Shown piece after piece: positions 51,749 to 61,422 of a DNA stretch of 64,000 bases. The stretch is from positions 32,001 to 96,000 of IMG/VR virus record IMGVR_UViG_3300035698_017437; one strand, 5' to 3'. The translations under genes were made by a program, and so were the position numbers. Origin of the DNA: a virus. Each line of letters opens with the position of its first letter. Position 1 is the stretch's first letter. The notes beneath the pieces are model-generated. The model saw only the letters and a list, made by a program, of their open reading frames with translations. It made no database searches and had not been told where the DNA came from.

Positions 51749-52827
51749 GCAAAAGACATACTTCACAAGATTTTCAACAAGCCAATGGACAATATTATTC
51801 CTCTAATACCGGAACTCTCTTATCTGGTTTTGAGAATTTCCTTGATAATATGAATATCATTGAGCCTTTTGCTGGAAATAAAGATCTAATAAACTGGACT
51901 ATTGAAAATTGTGATAATGTTTCTTTTTCAATGTATGATCTATATCCAACTGATGAGTCAATAACAAAAAATGATTCAATAAAATATCCTCCTTATAAGG
52001 ATGAAAATGGTATAATATCAAATCCCCCTTATCTTTCAAAGAACAAAAGTAAAGATAAGGAAGTTTTTGATCAATGGAATCAAAGTGATTTATATAAATG
52101 CCATCTTGCTTCAATAGTTGATAGTAAAATAGAAGGGGGTATTCTAATACTTCCATCAAATTTTATAAGTGAAAGCAGATCAAAAATAAGAGATTTATTT
52201 TTCTCAAAATATAAGATAGAGATGATCAAATATTTCTCTTATCCAGTTTTTGATGATGCAACGACAGGAATTATATCTTTCTCTTTCTCTTTATGGAAGG
52301 AAAAAAATGTTATGATTATTCCTTTTCATTTATATTCCAGCGAAAATGTAGTAAAGGTCAAAGAATATTCTTTGATTAGGAAATATGGCTGGTTAGTAGG
52401 AAAGAATTTCTTTGATTATATTTTAGAAGATGATTATCCTTTGAAATTAGAAATGTTGGAAGAACAACCGCAATCTAATTCAAATATTGTTATCGGTTTA
52501 TTGACAAATGGTAAATATTGTTTGGGAGCCCATTATAACGAAAAGGAAGCAATACGATCTAATGGGAAAGCATTTACAACATATCAAATATTCCTGAATA
52601 ATGACCTTTATTTATCTGAAGACGACCAAAAAGCTATTATAAAAAGATACAATAAGGTATTGAATGGTTTTATTGAAGAATATTCAGGATTATTCCTTGC
52701 CAATTATATGGGAGCAAACCAGAAAATCAAGAGTAGAAAATACTCAAGCCTTTTATTGAGTAGATGTATAAAGGAAATAAAAGGTATATACAAAGAAAAA
52801 AACGATTTATCTGAATTTATGACTTGA
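51745..52827 (+). CDS. Amino-DNA (N6-adenine-type) methyltransferase
   Basis: GQYYS, IEPFAGNKDL, SNPPY, DLYK, LILPSNF. Confidence 0.85.
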   Translation: MSKRHTSQDFQQANGQYYSSNTGTLLSGFENFLDNMNIIEPFAGNKDLINWTIENCDNVSFSMYDLYPTDESITKNDSIKYPPYKDENGIISNPPYLSKNKSKDKEVFDQWNQSDLYKCHLASIVDSKIEGGILILPSNFISESRSKIRDLFFSKYKIEMIKYFSYPVFDDATTGIISFSFSLWKEKNVMIIPFHLYSSENVVKVKEYSLIRKYGWLVGKNFFDYILEDDYPLKLEMLEEQPQSNSNIVIGLLTNGKYCLGAHYNEKEAIRSNGKAFTTYQIFLNNDLYLSEDDQKAIIKRYNKVLNGFIEEYSGLFLANYMGANQKIKSRKYSSLLLSRCIKEIKGIYKEKNDLSEFMT

Positions 52828-52894
52828 CTTCTGATTCTATACATGGTATAATAGTATATACAGAATGAGAAAGATACATAATTCAAAGTGGAGA
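52824..52894 (+). promoter_or_regulatory. Early promoter cassette
   Basis: TTGACTTCTGATTCTATACATGGTATAAT...CAGAATGAGAAA. Confidence 0.8.
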
Positions 52895-53499
52895 AACCCA
52901 TGAGACTTTCAAAAACAAGTGATTATATTGAGATTGATGAAAATGAAGATGTTGAAATTCTGTTCCTTTCAGATGAAGAATGGCAATCAAGTTTGAGTAA
53001 TAAATCTGCTTTAGCTTCTGTAAAGGATGAGGTTGCCTTTGCTGTAATGTCTGAGGAAATAAAATATTCAAGAATATTCGTCAATATAGATAAAGTTTAT
53101 GGAGTAGATTATGAGGTTGTTATTGCCCATGAATATTCACATATTCTTTTTCATGAAGTAGATGAAGAGAAAACAGATAGAAATTGTTTTCAATTTCTGG
53201 TAGAGAGTGAAATTGGTTGGTTGAAAAGTCAATGGGAAATCCGTCATGGACATAAATTTGAGGAGATTTAGAATGTTTGAAAAAGAACCTAAAGGATCAA
53301 TGTTTTTCTATTCTGGAAACACAAACAGAAAAAATAATGAGAATTGGTTCCAGTTCTCAGGAATTTACCAATTACAGGAAAAAAGGAAAATTGAAGATGT
53401 TTTCTGTGACATAATCAAACTCAAAGAAGATGAACTGAAAGAACAAGTTGTCCTCACAAGCATGAATAAAATATAATAATATCTTTGGAGGATATTAAG

Positions 53500-54141
53500 A
53501 TGAGTGAAATTTCAATTACAAGAGCTTTAGTGAAAATCAAAACCCTTCGGTCTAAGATAGAAAAAGGATCAAAGGCAATGGCAGTTTGTTCAGGATATCA
53601 AATTCAGGGACAACCAATTATTACAAGAGCTGGTCAAGTAAAAAATGCTGATATTCTTCAAACAGATATTAGTAAACGATGGCAAGCTGTGAATGATTTG
53701 ATGGATCTATATATCAAAATTCGAGAGGAGATCCAGAAATCTAATGCCGTTACTTTAGTTACAGTTGGAAAAAATAAAATGACCGTAGCAAAAGCCATTT
53801 TCATGAAAGAATTAATCTCGGATGAACGAGTTCCCCTTGCCTCTGTTGTTCTGAAAGATATCAATAACTCTAAACTACTGGTTCAGAAAAGGATAGAGGA
53901 TAATGATGAACGACTAACCGAACTTATCAAAAGCTCATTTCAAGGGAAATCAACTAAAATCTCTGATTCTGAATTTGAAGCAATTGCCAAACCTTTCAAT
54001 AAGAATAACAAAGTTGAATTCATTGATCCTTTTGGTATGGAAACAAAAATTGAAAAGGTTATTAATCAAAATGAAGAATTCCTTGAGGATATTGATGTTG
54101 TGTTAAGTGAATCTAACGCAAAAACAACGATTGAAATATAA
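53500..54141 (+). CDS. Conserved long coiled-coil phage protein
   Basis: SITRALVKIKTL..SNAVT..MTVAKAI..IDP..FLEDIDVVLSESNAKTTIEI; GGAGG RBS. Confidence 0.65.
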   Translation: MSEISITRALVKIKTLRSKIEKGSKAMAVCSGYQIQGQPIITRAGQVKNADILQTDISKRWQAVNDLMDLYIKIREEIQKSNAVTLVTVGKNKMTVAKAIFMKELISDERVPLASVVLKDINNSKLLVQKRIEDNDERLTELIKSSFQGKSTKISDSEFEAIAKPFNKNNKVEFIDPFGMETKIEKVINQNEEFLEDIDVVLSESNAKTTIEI

Positions 54142-54175
54142 GGGGAGTCATATCTAACAGATATAAATAAGTACA

Positions 54176-54476
54176 TAAAGTATTATATTGAAACTGACTA
54201 AAAAGATATTCTCCTCAAATTGGAATAAGAGGTTAACATAAATTCCGCAACTAATTGCCTCAAACGCAATCTATTGATACAGCCTATAAAGCTGAACCGT
54301 TTCTGTAAAGTTTACAAAATCAAAAGATTAATGTTCAACAATTAGCGAGAAAAGTTTATACAATTACACCAAGAAAAATTAGAGAATAAAGATTGATTGA
54401 ATCTTGTGTATGGGTTTAGTAGGAAATTAGAATATCACGTCCTCAGTCAGTACCATCAAGCTGATAGAATACTTTA
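54176..54476 (+). ncRNA. Candidate ~300-nt structured RNA
   Basis: Three nested long-range helices (9, 7 and 8 bp); TATAAATA at 54162; no ORF. Confidence 0.6.
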
Positions 54477-54484
54477 CTTTTTAT

Positions 54485-54561
54485 GGCGCAATAGCCCAAT
54501 TGGCAGAGGCAATGGTTTTAGAAATCATGTGTTGTAGGTTCAACTCCTACTTGCGCTACCA
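54485..54561 (+). tRNA. tRNA-Leu(UAG), short variable loop
   Basis: GGCGCAA/TTGCGCT, ATGGT-TTTAGAA-ATCAT, CCA. Confidence 0.88.
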
Positions 54562-54577
54562 TAAATTATAAATAAGA

Positions 54578-54652
54578 GCGTTCTTAGTATAAAGGTTATT
54601 ATTCTTGGCTTCCACCCAGGAGATGAGGTTTCGAGATCCTCAGAACGCTCCA
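54578..54652 (+). tRNA. tRNA-Gly(UCC)
   Basis: GCGTTCT/AGAACGC, CTTGG-CTTCCAC-CCAGG, TCCA. Confidence 0.85.
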
Positions 54653-54664
54653 ATAGTTTTATGT

Positions 54665-54730
54665 TCCTCAGGAGGCAGAGTCGATGACTTAATCATATTG
54701 TCGGAGATTCGAATCCTTCCTGAGGAACCA
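54665..54730 (+). pseudogene. Degenerate tRNA (reduced D and anticodon arms)
   Basis: TCCTCAG/CTGAGGA-A-CCA, TTCGAAT T-loop, shortened ATGACTTAATCAT. Confidence 0.55.
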
Positions 54731-54738
54731 AATTTTAT

Positions 54739-54814
54739 AGCGGGATAGAGCAGTTGGTAGCTTGCCAGCCTCATAAGCTGGAGGTCGGGAGTTCGAATCT
54801 CCCTCCCGCCACCA
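54739..54814 (+). tRNA. Initiator-like tRNA-fMet(CAU)
   Basis: A1:C72 mismatch, CCAGC-CTCATAA-GCTGG, CCA. Confidence 0.88.
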
Positions 54815-54837
54815 AATTTTTATTCATAGGATACATT

Positions 54838-54999
54838 ATGAAAGAAGAAAAGACAGTGAATAAAGAAAAGAAGCCTTATACCTCTCCTAAACTTGTTATC
54901 TTTGGTTCTGTCACAGAACTAACTCAAGGTACAGGTGGATCATGTTATCCTCCTCAACCTCCTGGCTCTCCAGGTATGCCTTGGGATCCTTGCTCCTAA
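54838..54999 (+). CDS. RiPP precursor-like peptide with lasso-type leader
   Basis: KKPYTSPKLVIFGSVTELTQG matches YxxPxLxxxGxxxxxTxG; AGGA RBS. Confidence 0.7.
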   Translation: MKEEKTVNKEKKPYTSPKLVIFGSVTELTQGTGGSCYPPQPPGSPGMPWDPCS

Positions 55000-55056
55000 A
55001 TGAAATAAAGTGTATAGCGTAAATGAGAATACCTAATTCAAAATGGAGAATCCAAA

Positions 55057-55662
55057 ATGAAATATTCAGTAACTAAAAATGGCGAAGCTTTATCTACTAA
55101 ACTTTATTCCTTTGATGAAAAAACCAGAACATTTTCTTCAAACGAGGAAGGTCTTGTTTTGGATTTCCATACTTTACATTGCGTTACATTCAATACAGGA
55201 TCATCTTGTACATTCAATACAGGATCATCTTGTACATTCACTACAGGATCATCTTGTACATTCACTACAGAATATAATTGTACATTCAATATAGGATCAT
55301 ATTGTACATTCAACTGTGGATCAGATTGTACATTCAAAACTGGATCATTTTGTACTTTCAAAACTGGAATATATTGTACATTCAATACAGGATCATCTTG
55401 TACATTCAATACAGGATCATCTTGTACATTCAATACAGAATATGATTGTACATTCAATACAGGAGCACATTGTATATTCAATACAGGATCCGATAGTGTA
55501 TTCCTTACAGAATATGATTGTACATTCCTTACTGGGTCTAACGGTGTGATTGTCCGTAGAGATATTTTAGAAGTTATTCATCTAGAAGCGGATGTACCAA
55601 TTGTACTGAATGGATATGAAGAAATGGGATACAAAGAGGTAAAGCAGTCAAAAATGAAATAA
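55057..55662 (+). CDS. Octapeptide-repeat (CTFNTGSS) beta-solenoid protein
   Basis: About 15 degenerate 24-nt tandem units at ~55180-55540. Confidence 0.8.
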   Translation: MKYSVTKNGEALSTKLYSFDEKTRTFSSNEEGLVLDFHTLHCVTFNTGSSCTFNTGSSCTFTTGSSCTFTTEYNCTFNIGSYCTFNCGSDCTFKTGSFCTFKTGIYCTFNTGSSCTFNTGSSCTFNTEYDCTFNTGAHCIFNTGSDSVFLTEYDCTFLTGSNGVIVRRDILEVIHLEADVPIVLNGYEEMGYKEVKQSKMK

Positions 55663-55676
55663 ATTGTATTTTAGTG

Positions 55677-55745
55677 TTGACTTCTCATTCTATACATGTT
55701 ATAATTACATATACCGAATGAGAAATACCTAATTCAAAATGGAGA
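55677..55745 (+). promoter_or_regulatory. Early promoter cassette
   Basis: TTGACTTCTCATTCTATACATGTTATAAT...CCTAATTCAAAATGGAG. Confidence 0.88.
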
Positions 55746-55750
55746 TCAAA

Positions 55751-56074
55751 ATGAGCAATTCAATTACAGTAGAACATCCTTCCTTCCGACAATGGTTTTC
55801 CGATTGTCAACTCATGTGTGACAAATATAACGCAAAGCAATTTCCCAACCTTGTAAAAAACAATGAAATTCCTGACCTTATAATTTCAAATAGGGGCCGA
55901 AAATATATCAAAATAATTCTTAGCAATTCTGTATGGGCTTTCATCAACAAAGAAAACGGTGATATTTTGAAACCTGCTTCTTGGAAAGCTCCTGCCAAAA
56001 TAGCCAGGGGAAATATATTTGATGAATATAAAGGAATGAAATCAATGAGTCCTTATGGACCAGCTTATCTTTAG
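55751..56074 (+). CDS. Conserved phage hypothetical protein
   Basis: GRKYIKI..AFI..GDILKPASWKAPAK.ARGNI. Confidence 0.6.
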   Translation: MSNSITVEHPSFRQWFSDCQLMCDKYNAKQFPNLVKNNEIPDLIISNRGRKYIKIILSNSVWAFINKENGDILKPASWKAPAKIARGNIFDEYKGMKSMSPYGPAYL

Positions 56075-56561
56075 GAGAGAAATATATGTTAGGTGTAATA
56101 TTTCCAAACGGAAGAAAATTCAAACTTGAAGTAGCTGAGTATGATATAGCCACTCATAGATCTATTATGAGATTTTCTAATATTGTTATTGAAGAGAAAA
56201 CAGGAAAGGTTATAAAAGATAGGTATCACAATTATATTGAAAATTATCATAATAGTTGGTGTATAAAGAATTGGCCTAATTTGGAGGATGTTTTAGATTT
56301 ATCAAATAAAAACATCTTTGAAAATGTGGACAGTAGCTTAATGATGTTGGCAATATACTAACAAACGTAATTCAATAATAGCTGGAGAGAAGCAATGGAA
56401 GATAGAAAAGAGATCCTCTTGAAAGCATCCTATGATATTCTCAAGAAATGTAGTGAGGGAATGTATGTTTTTGAAGCTACAGCCAAATGGGATGAGGCTA
56501 CATATGATGGATATTGTCTCATGGAAGATATTAAGGATGAACTCAACTTGGAAGATGAATA

Positions 56562-57224
56562 ATGAAAATGAAAAAGAAACTTGTTTATATTTCTAGTAGA
56601 TATCTCAACGGAAATCAGGCTGAAAATGTAGCTATCCAATTAGATATAGCACATAAGATTATGGATCTAGGTGGTATTCCAATTGTTCCTCATTTACATC
56701 ATTTCCTTCATATCCATAAACAACGTCCTTATGAAGAATGGACGGAAATGATGTTGAGATATATAGATACTGCTGATTGTGTATTTCATGTTCCATGTAT
56801 ATCCTCAAGAGTTGATAAAGAGATTTCTTATGCTAGAAAAAAGGATATTATGGTTTTTCATGATATCCTGTACCTTGAGCAATTTCTTCAGAGTCGTACA
56901 GGAAGAACGACTAAAATTCTTGAAGATGTCTTGGATATTGCTGATACAACGAAAGATGGTTTTATGTGTTTTTGTTGTAATACTATTGGTCATAGGAATG
57001 TGTTAATCTCTATGGCCAAGAAAATTGCTAGGTCAAAAGGTATCAATTTTCTATTAAAGGAAAATATTCTGAGAATAGGATCAACTATCATAGTTTTCAC
57101 TGTTGAATTGCGGACCTTAGATTCCTTCATTCAGCATGCTATGAGAATACCTAAATTTGGAGTTTGGAAGGATCATTGTAACATGTATGATTGGTTACCT
57201 CAGAATGGATGGATAGATAAATAA
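56562..57224 (+). CDS. Nucleoside-deoxyribosyltransferase-like (DUF4406/DUF1937-type) domain protein
   Basis: VYISSRY..PIVPH..W..ADCV..S.RVDKEI..A. Confidence 0.5.
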   Translation: MKMKKKLVYISSRYLNGNQAENVAIQLDIAHKIMDLGGIPIVPHLHHFLHIHKQRPYEEWTEMMLRYIDTADCVFHVPCISSRVDKEISYARKKDIMVFHDILYLEQFLQSRTGRTTKILEDVLDIADTTKDGFMCFCCNTIGHRNVLISMAKKIARSKGINFLLKENILRIGSTIIVFTVELRTLDSFIQHAMRIPKFGVWKDHCNMYDWLPQNGWIDK

Positions 57225-57870
57225 TATGAATACAACTACATTAGTGCAAAAGAAAGCTTTTATCAAAAAGTTATCTGCTCTACTCAAGAGGTCAAAGGTT
57301 ATCATTGAAATTGATGTTGAGGAAAGTCCTACAATTATGGCAGTTTTTGAGGATGGGACAGAAACAGAACTTTTAGGTATATTCAATAACAAAACCCTAG
57401 ATAAATTACTAAAGGACATCAAATGAAATCATACGACGAAATAAACGAGGAAACTCCTCTTGACAGAGCAATGAAGAATATTGGAGTAAAAGTAATCAAG
57501 AACCCGAAATATAAAAGTACGATGTCTAAAAATGATTATATTCATCATATTCAAGCTTTAGATCAAATTACTTCTACACATAAAGATGCCATTCAAATGG
57601 TCAATGACAAGAAAACTCTTGATGATACCAGTAGAAAATGGATCACTAAAGCAGTAAATGCTATTGAAAAATTAGATTCTAAAGATTCCGCTCCTTTTGA
57701 GAAACTTATGAAAAAATCCTCTGGAATCAATTTCAAAGAGTTTTTGAAACTGACAAAGAAAAAGTGACATATCTTCATTTTTATAAAGAAAATGGTTGAC
57801 TTCTCATTTCTTATATGTTATAATTGTGTATAAGAAATGATAAACACCTAATTCAATATGGAGATTCATT

Positions 57871-58755
57871 ATGGGCGGAAACATTTTCCAAAACACTACA
57901 ACCATCAAAAAAGAAAATATCACTTTCACTGTTGAAGCATATATCCAGGAAATGAGGAAAATGTTTTCTTGGTTTCCTGAAACTTCCCTCCTTGGTTCTG
58001 CTGGCAAAAAAGATATATCTGGCGATATTGATATGGCTGTGGATATGTCTATCCTTCGTTCTAACGCTAGGGATACCTTTGGTAATAGTACCATTCAAAA
58101 AACCTTTGAAGTGCTCAAGAACCGATCAAGAACATCTTCAGATGAACAATTGGAAGACAAAGCAATCCTCCAATTGATGGGAGGGATAATTTCTTCAGAA
58201 AGTAGTATGATAAAAGTCGATGAGAAAAAGATTGGATTGAATTGTCTTTTTTCTTGTTTTCCTATTCATGATGAAAATGGAATCACTGAGGAATGGGTCC
58301 AAGTTGATTGGCTTGTGGGTAATATTGAGTGGTTGAATTTTTCATATTATTCAGATGTATATGATGAGAATGTTCGGGGGCTCCATAGGACACAACTAAT
58401 GTTAGCAACATTCAAAGCTTTTGATCTTTCATTTATTCACGGATCAGGAATCAAAAATAGTAAACATGAATTTCTTGCTTCCACTCCTAGAGAAGCAATT
58501 TATCTTTTGAATGGAGTATCTGGAGCAGAATTCAATCAAGATATTCTCTCAAATTTCTTCCTTCTTTATAATCATATAGAAAAATATCTTTTCACTAAGG
58601 ATATTCAAAAAATCAAAAATATTTATTTGTCTATTTTAGATAAAACTAGATGTGATATTCCAGAATGTCTCCAAGATTATTGGTCCTCACATAAAGAAGA
58701 TCTGAAGTTGACAGGAAAATTTCTCCCTGCTGATTCAAACTTATATCATAATTGA
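57871..58755 (+). CDS. Pol-beta-type nucleotidyltransferase
   Basis: LLGSAGKKDISGDIDMAVD, VQVD; own cassette at 57796. Confidence 0.7.
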   Translation: MGGNIFQNTTTIKKENITFTVEAYIQEMRKMFSWFPETSLLGSAGKKDISGDIDMAVDMSILRSNARDTFGNSTIQKTFEVLKNRSRTSSDEQLEDKAILQLMGGIISSESSMIKVDEKKIGLNCLFSCFPIHDENGITEEWVQVDWLVGNIEWLNFSYYSDVYDENVRGLHRTQLMLATFKAFDLSFIHGSGIKNSKHEFLASTPREAIYLLNGVSGAEFNQDILSNFFLLYNHIEKYLFTKDIQKIKNIYLSILDKTRCDIPECLQDYWSSHKEDLKLTGKFLPADSNLYHN

Positions 58756-58825
58756 TTTTACTGTTGACTTATCATTCTATACATGTTATAATAGTATACA
58801 CCTAATTCAAAATGGAGAAAATATT

Positions 58826-59671
58826 ATGAGTGGAGTTTGCGGTTCGCCTAAGATAACAAGAGAAGATTTCAAATTCATCTATAGAAACTGGATTGATATG
58901 ATTCGTCAAGAATATGAACCTTTCAAATATTCTTTGCTTACAGGTTCTTACTTTGATGAAACAAAACAACTCTTCGGTGATATTGATAATATATTTCTTG
59001 TTGAAGGAGATAATAAAAAACAATCCAAACTTGATTTCATTGAATGGCTGAAAACCATTCCTGAAGGAATTCTTGAACCTTTTGAGAATCCAAAACATCT
59101 TGGAAAACTCTGGTACAATTCTGGAGAAATCGTTTCTGTTCGTTTCCAAGGAGCTCAAATAGATAATATTTTCGCTTTATCTGAAAATGAAGCTAAATAC
59201 AAGAAAGCGTTCCTAGATATGGAAGCTCCTAAACAAGGACTAATTCTAGGACTTATCAAGACTATTTTGCTTGAACTTCCTGTGAGACAAACATTACATG
59301 ATATGGCTATTATTGTTGCTCCATTGAATGAAAATTGGGAATATGAATTTAATATTTCTCCTTGTGAACTTCAATTGAGAAAAGTTCATATGGATTATGT
59401 GACAATGAAAACAATCCATAGTGAAATTGTTTGGAGGAGTAAAGATTGGAATTATGTACTAGGGCTCCTAAAGGATTATGCTATTCAAAATAAATCTTTT
59501 GAATCTCTTTTGACTCTTTCCGGAGACTTGATAAAAAAGGAAAGAAGCCGTAAAAGAATCATAGGACTGTTTCAAGCAATGATCACCATTAAAAGTGGTG
59601 AGGTTGGAACACCTAAAGGACAACGCAAAACAGATACTCTACAAATGATCAAGGATAAATTTGAAAAATAA
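58826..59671 (+). CDS. Pol-beta-type nucleotidyltransferase
   Basis: LTGSY..FGDIDNI, AQIDN; own cassette at 58764. Confidence 0.65.
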   Translation: MSGVCGSPKITREDFKFIYRNWIDMIRQEYEPFKYSLLTGSYFDETKQLFGDIDNIFLVEGDNKKQSKLDFIEWLKTIPEGILEPFENPKHLGKLWYNSGEIVSVRFQGAQIDNIFALSENEAKYKKAFLDMEAPKQGLILGLIKTILLELPVRQTLHDMAIIVAPLNENWEYEFNISPCELQLRKVHMDYVTMKTIHSEIVWRSKDWNYVLGLLKDYAIQNKSFESLLTLSGDLIKKERSRKRIIGLFQAMITIKSGEVGTPKGQRKTDTLQMIKDKFEK

Positions 59672-60146
59672 AATAGGAATTTATTTAGGAAGGTTTCAGC
59701 CTCCTACAAAAGCACATTTAGCAATAATCAAACAAATGTCTGGTGATGGTCCAGGAACAGTTTATATTGTAGAAGGTAAGAAATCTAATCCTAAAAAGAA
59801 TCCATGGACAGGAAAAGAAAGAAAAGATCTTCTGAAAAAGATGTTGCCATCAAATATCAAAGTTGAAATAGTTCCAACAGGTTTCTATCCAGGTATATGT
59901 AACAAATCCAAACATAATGATTTTGCTTTGTATTGCGGTTCTGATAGAATTGCTACATATGAAAAACAAGAACAATATCTAGAACCTGGTAAAACCATTA
60001 GCTATAGAGAGGTAAAGCGAACTGATGAAGATATAAGTGCTACAAGACTTAGAAGAGCACTCCAGAGTGATAATGAAAAAGTGTTCAGAGAAATGGCTCC
60101 TAAAGAAATATGGGACCAATATGAAACAATGAAGGGTAAATACTAG
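59661..60146 (+). CDS. HIGH-superfamily cytidyltransferase-like protein
   Basis: GRFQPPTKAH, KNPW, GSDR, ISATRLR. Confidence 0.85.
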   Translation: MKNKIGIYLGRFQPPTKAHLAIIKQMSGDGPGTVYIVEGKKSNPKKNPWTGKERKDLLKKMLPSNIKVEIVPTGFYPGICNKSKHNDFALYCGSDRIATYEKQEQYLEPGKTISYREVKRTDEDISATRLRRALQSDNEKVFREMAPKEIWDQYETMKGKY

Positions 60147-60159
60147 GACTAGGACTAAC

Positions 60160-61422
60160 ATGAAAAATTATATTGAAGTAAACAAAGAACATGAAAAGGC
60201 TATTCAGGAATCCCTATTTGAATCTCAAGGATATGGACAATATGAATGTGGCGCCATTGAAAATTTAGATGAAGCTTTGATCACTTTTGGCAAATCTGCT
60301 TATCCTAGAGGTGGTCACGTGGTTATACTTGCTGGTGGGGCATCTTCCGGAAAAGGATTTATTACAGATAAACTTCTTGGTATTGAAGGGAAAACTTTTG
60401 ATGTTGATATATTGAAACAGCTTGCCGCAGGTCATTCTAAATTTAGAGGAGTATTAGAAGATTCATTCAAAGATTTAATTAATGCTGGGGAAATTGATAA
60501 AATGCCAGATATTAACAAAATCTTGACTGATCCTAATGCTTTGCGAGATCCAGATAATGTTCACGCTTTTCATCTGGCATTGGAGAAAACCCAATGGTCA
60601 GATAAAATTCAAAAAAATGTTTTCAAGAATATTGCCGGAAAGAAAGTTGAAGATAAAATCAATCTTATTTTTGATGTTACTTTAGCAAATATCTCAAAAT
60701 TGAAATCTATTACATATGATATAAATCTTCTTGGTTATCCTAAAGAAAATATTCATATCGTTTGGATTGTCAATGATGTGGAAATTGCTAAAGTTCAAAA
60801 CTCAAAAAGAGATAGAGTTGTTCCTGAGGATATCCTAGTTGATACACATAAAGGTGCTTCTAGAACAATGTCAGATATTATTGGAATGGGGACTAAACTC
60901 AGAAAATATATGGATGGAGCAATCTATATTGCTTTCAATAAAATTGGTGTTGATGCGGATGTTGAATTCGGTGATAGAACTAAATGGACAAAAGAAACTT
61001 TAGTTGTTGTCAATAAATCAAATTATGTTCGTATCAAAGATCAAGGAAAACCTATCAAAGCTGACCAAATAGGTAGATCTATAATATCAAAAGTAAAACG
61101 ATATGTTCCTAGAGATACTTTTTTTGTTCCTAAGCAAAAAGGAAAGGGATCCAAGAAGATGAAAGATTTTTCAAAGAAGAAAAAAGTTAATAAAGGAGAT
61201 TGTATGGAAATTTTATTGAAATTTAATACGAAGGATAAAGAGATTATCCTCACCAAAGAAGAAGCAAAAACACTCTATAATGAATTGAAAGAAATTTTTG
61301 AGGCAAAGATAACCGCTCCTTCTTTTCCGTATACTGGTATAAGAAAAATTTCTGAACCTCTAGAAACTAATCCTTATTCTTTTCCATATCTTGATGATGT
61401 ACCACCCCGGATAATATACTAG
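60160..61422 (+). CDS. P-loop kinase (zeta-toxin/AAA_33-like), possibly virion-internal
   Basis: LAGGASSGKG, DVD, IFDVT, N..RDRVVP; N-terminal LFE/LDE possible gp21 sites. Confidence 0.65.
   Translation: MKNYIEVNKEHEKAIQESLFESQGYGQYECGAIENLDEALITFGKSAYPRGGHVVILAGGASSGKGFITDKLLGIEGKTFDVDILKQLAAGHSKFRGVLEDSFKDLINAGEIDKMPDINKILTDPNALRDPDNVHAFHLALEKTQWSDKIQKNVFKNIAGKKVEDKINLIFDVTLANISKLKSITYDINLLGYPKENIHIVWIVNDVEIAKVQNSKRDRVVPEDILVDTHKGASRTMSDIIGMGTKLRKYMDGAIYIAFNKIGVDADVEFGDRTKWTKETLVVVNKSNYVRIKDQGKPIKADQIGRSIISKVKRYVPRDTFFVPKQKGKGSKKMKDFSKKKKVNKGDCMEILLKFNTKDKEIILTKEEAKTLYNELKEIFEAKITAPSFPYTGIRKISEPLETNPYSFPYLDDVPPRIIY

Noticed and set aside
54142-54476. tmRNA or RNase P RNA
   Set aside because: No matching tRNA-like 3' end and no GAGGAAAGUCC-type motif.
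54754-54837. 5' extension of the 54754 ORF (likewise 46385-46426)
   Set aside because: Overlaps tRNA genes; better starts with RBS at 54838 and 46427.
55180-55540. CRISPR-like array
   Set aside because: Contiguous in-frame 24-nt coding repeats with no unique spacers.
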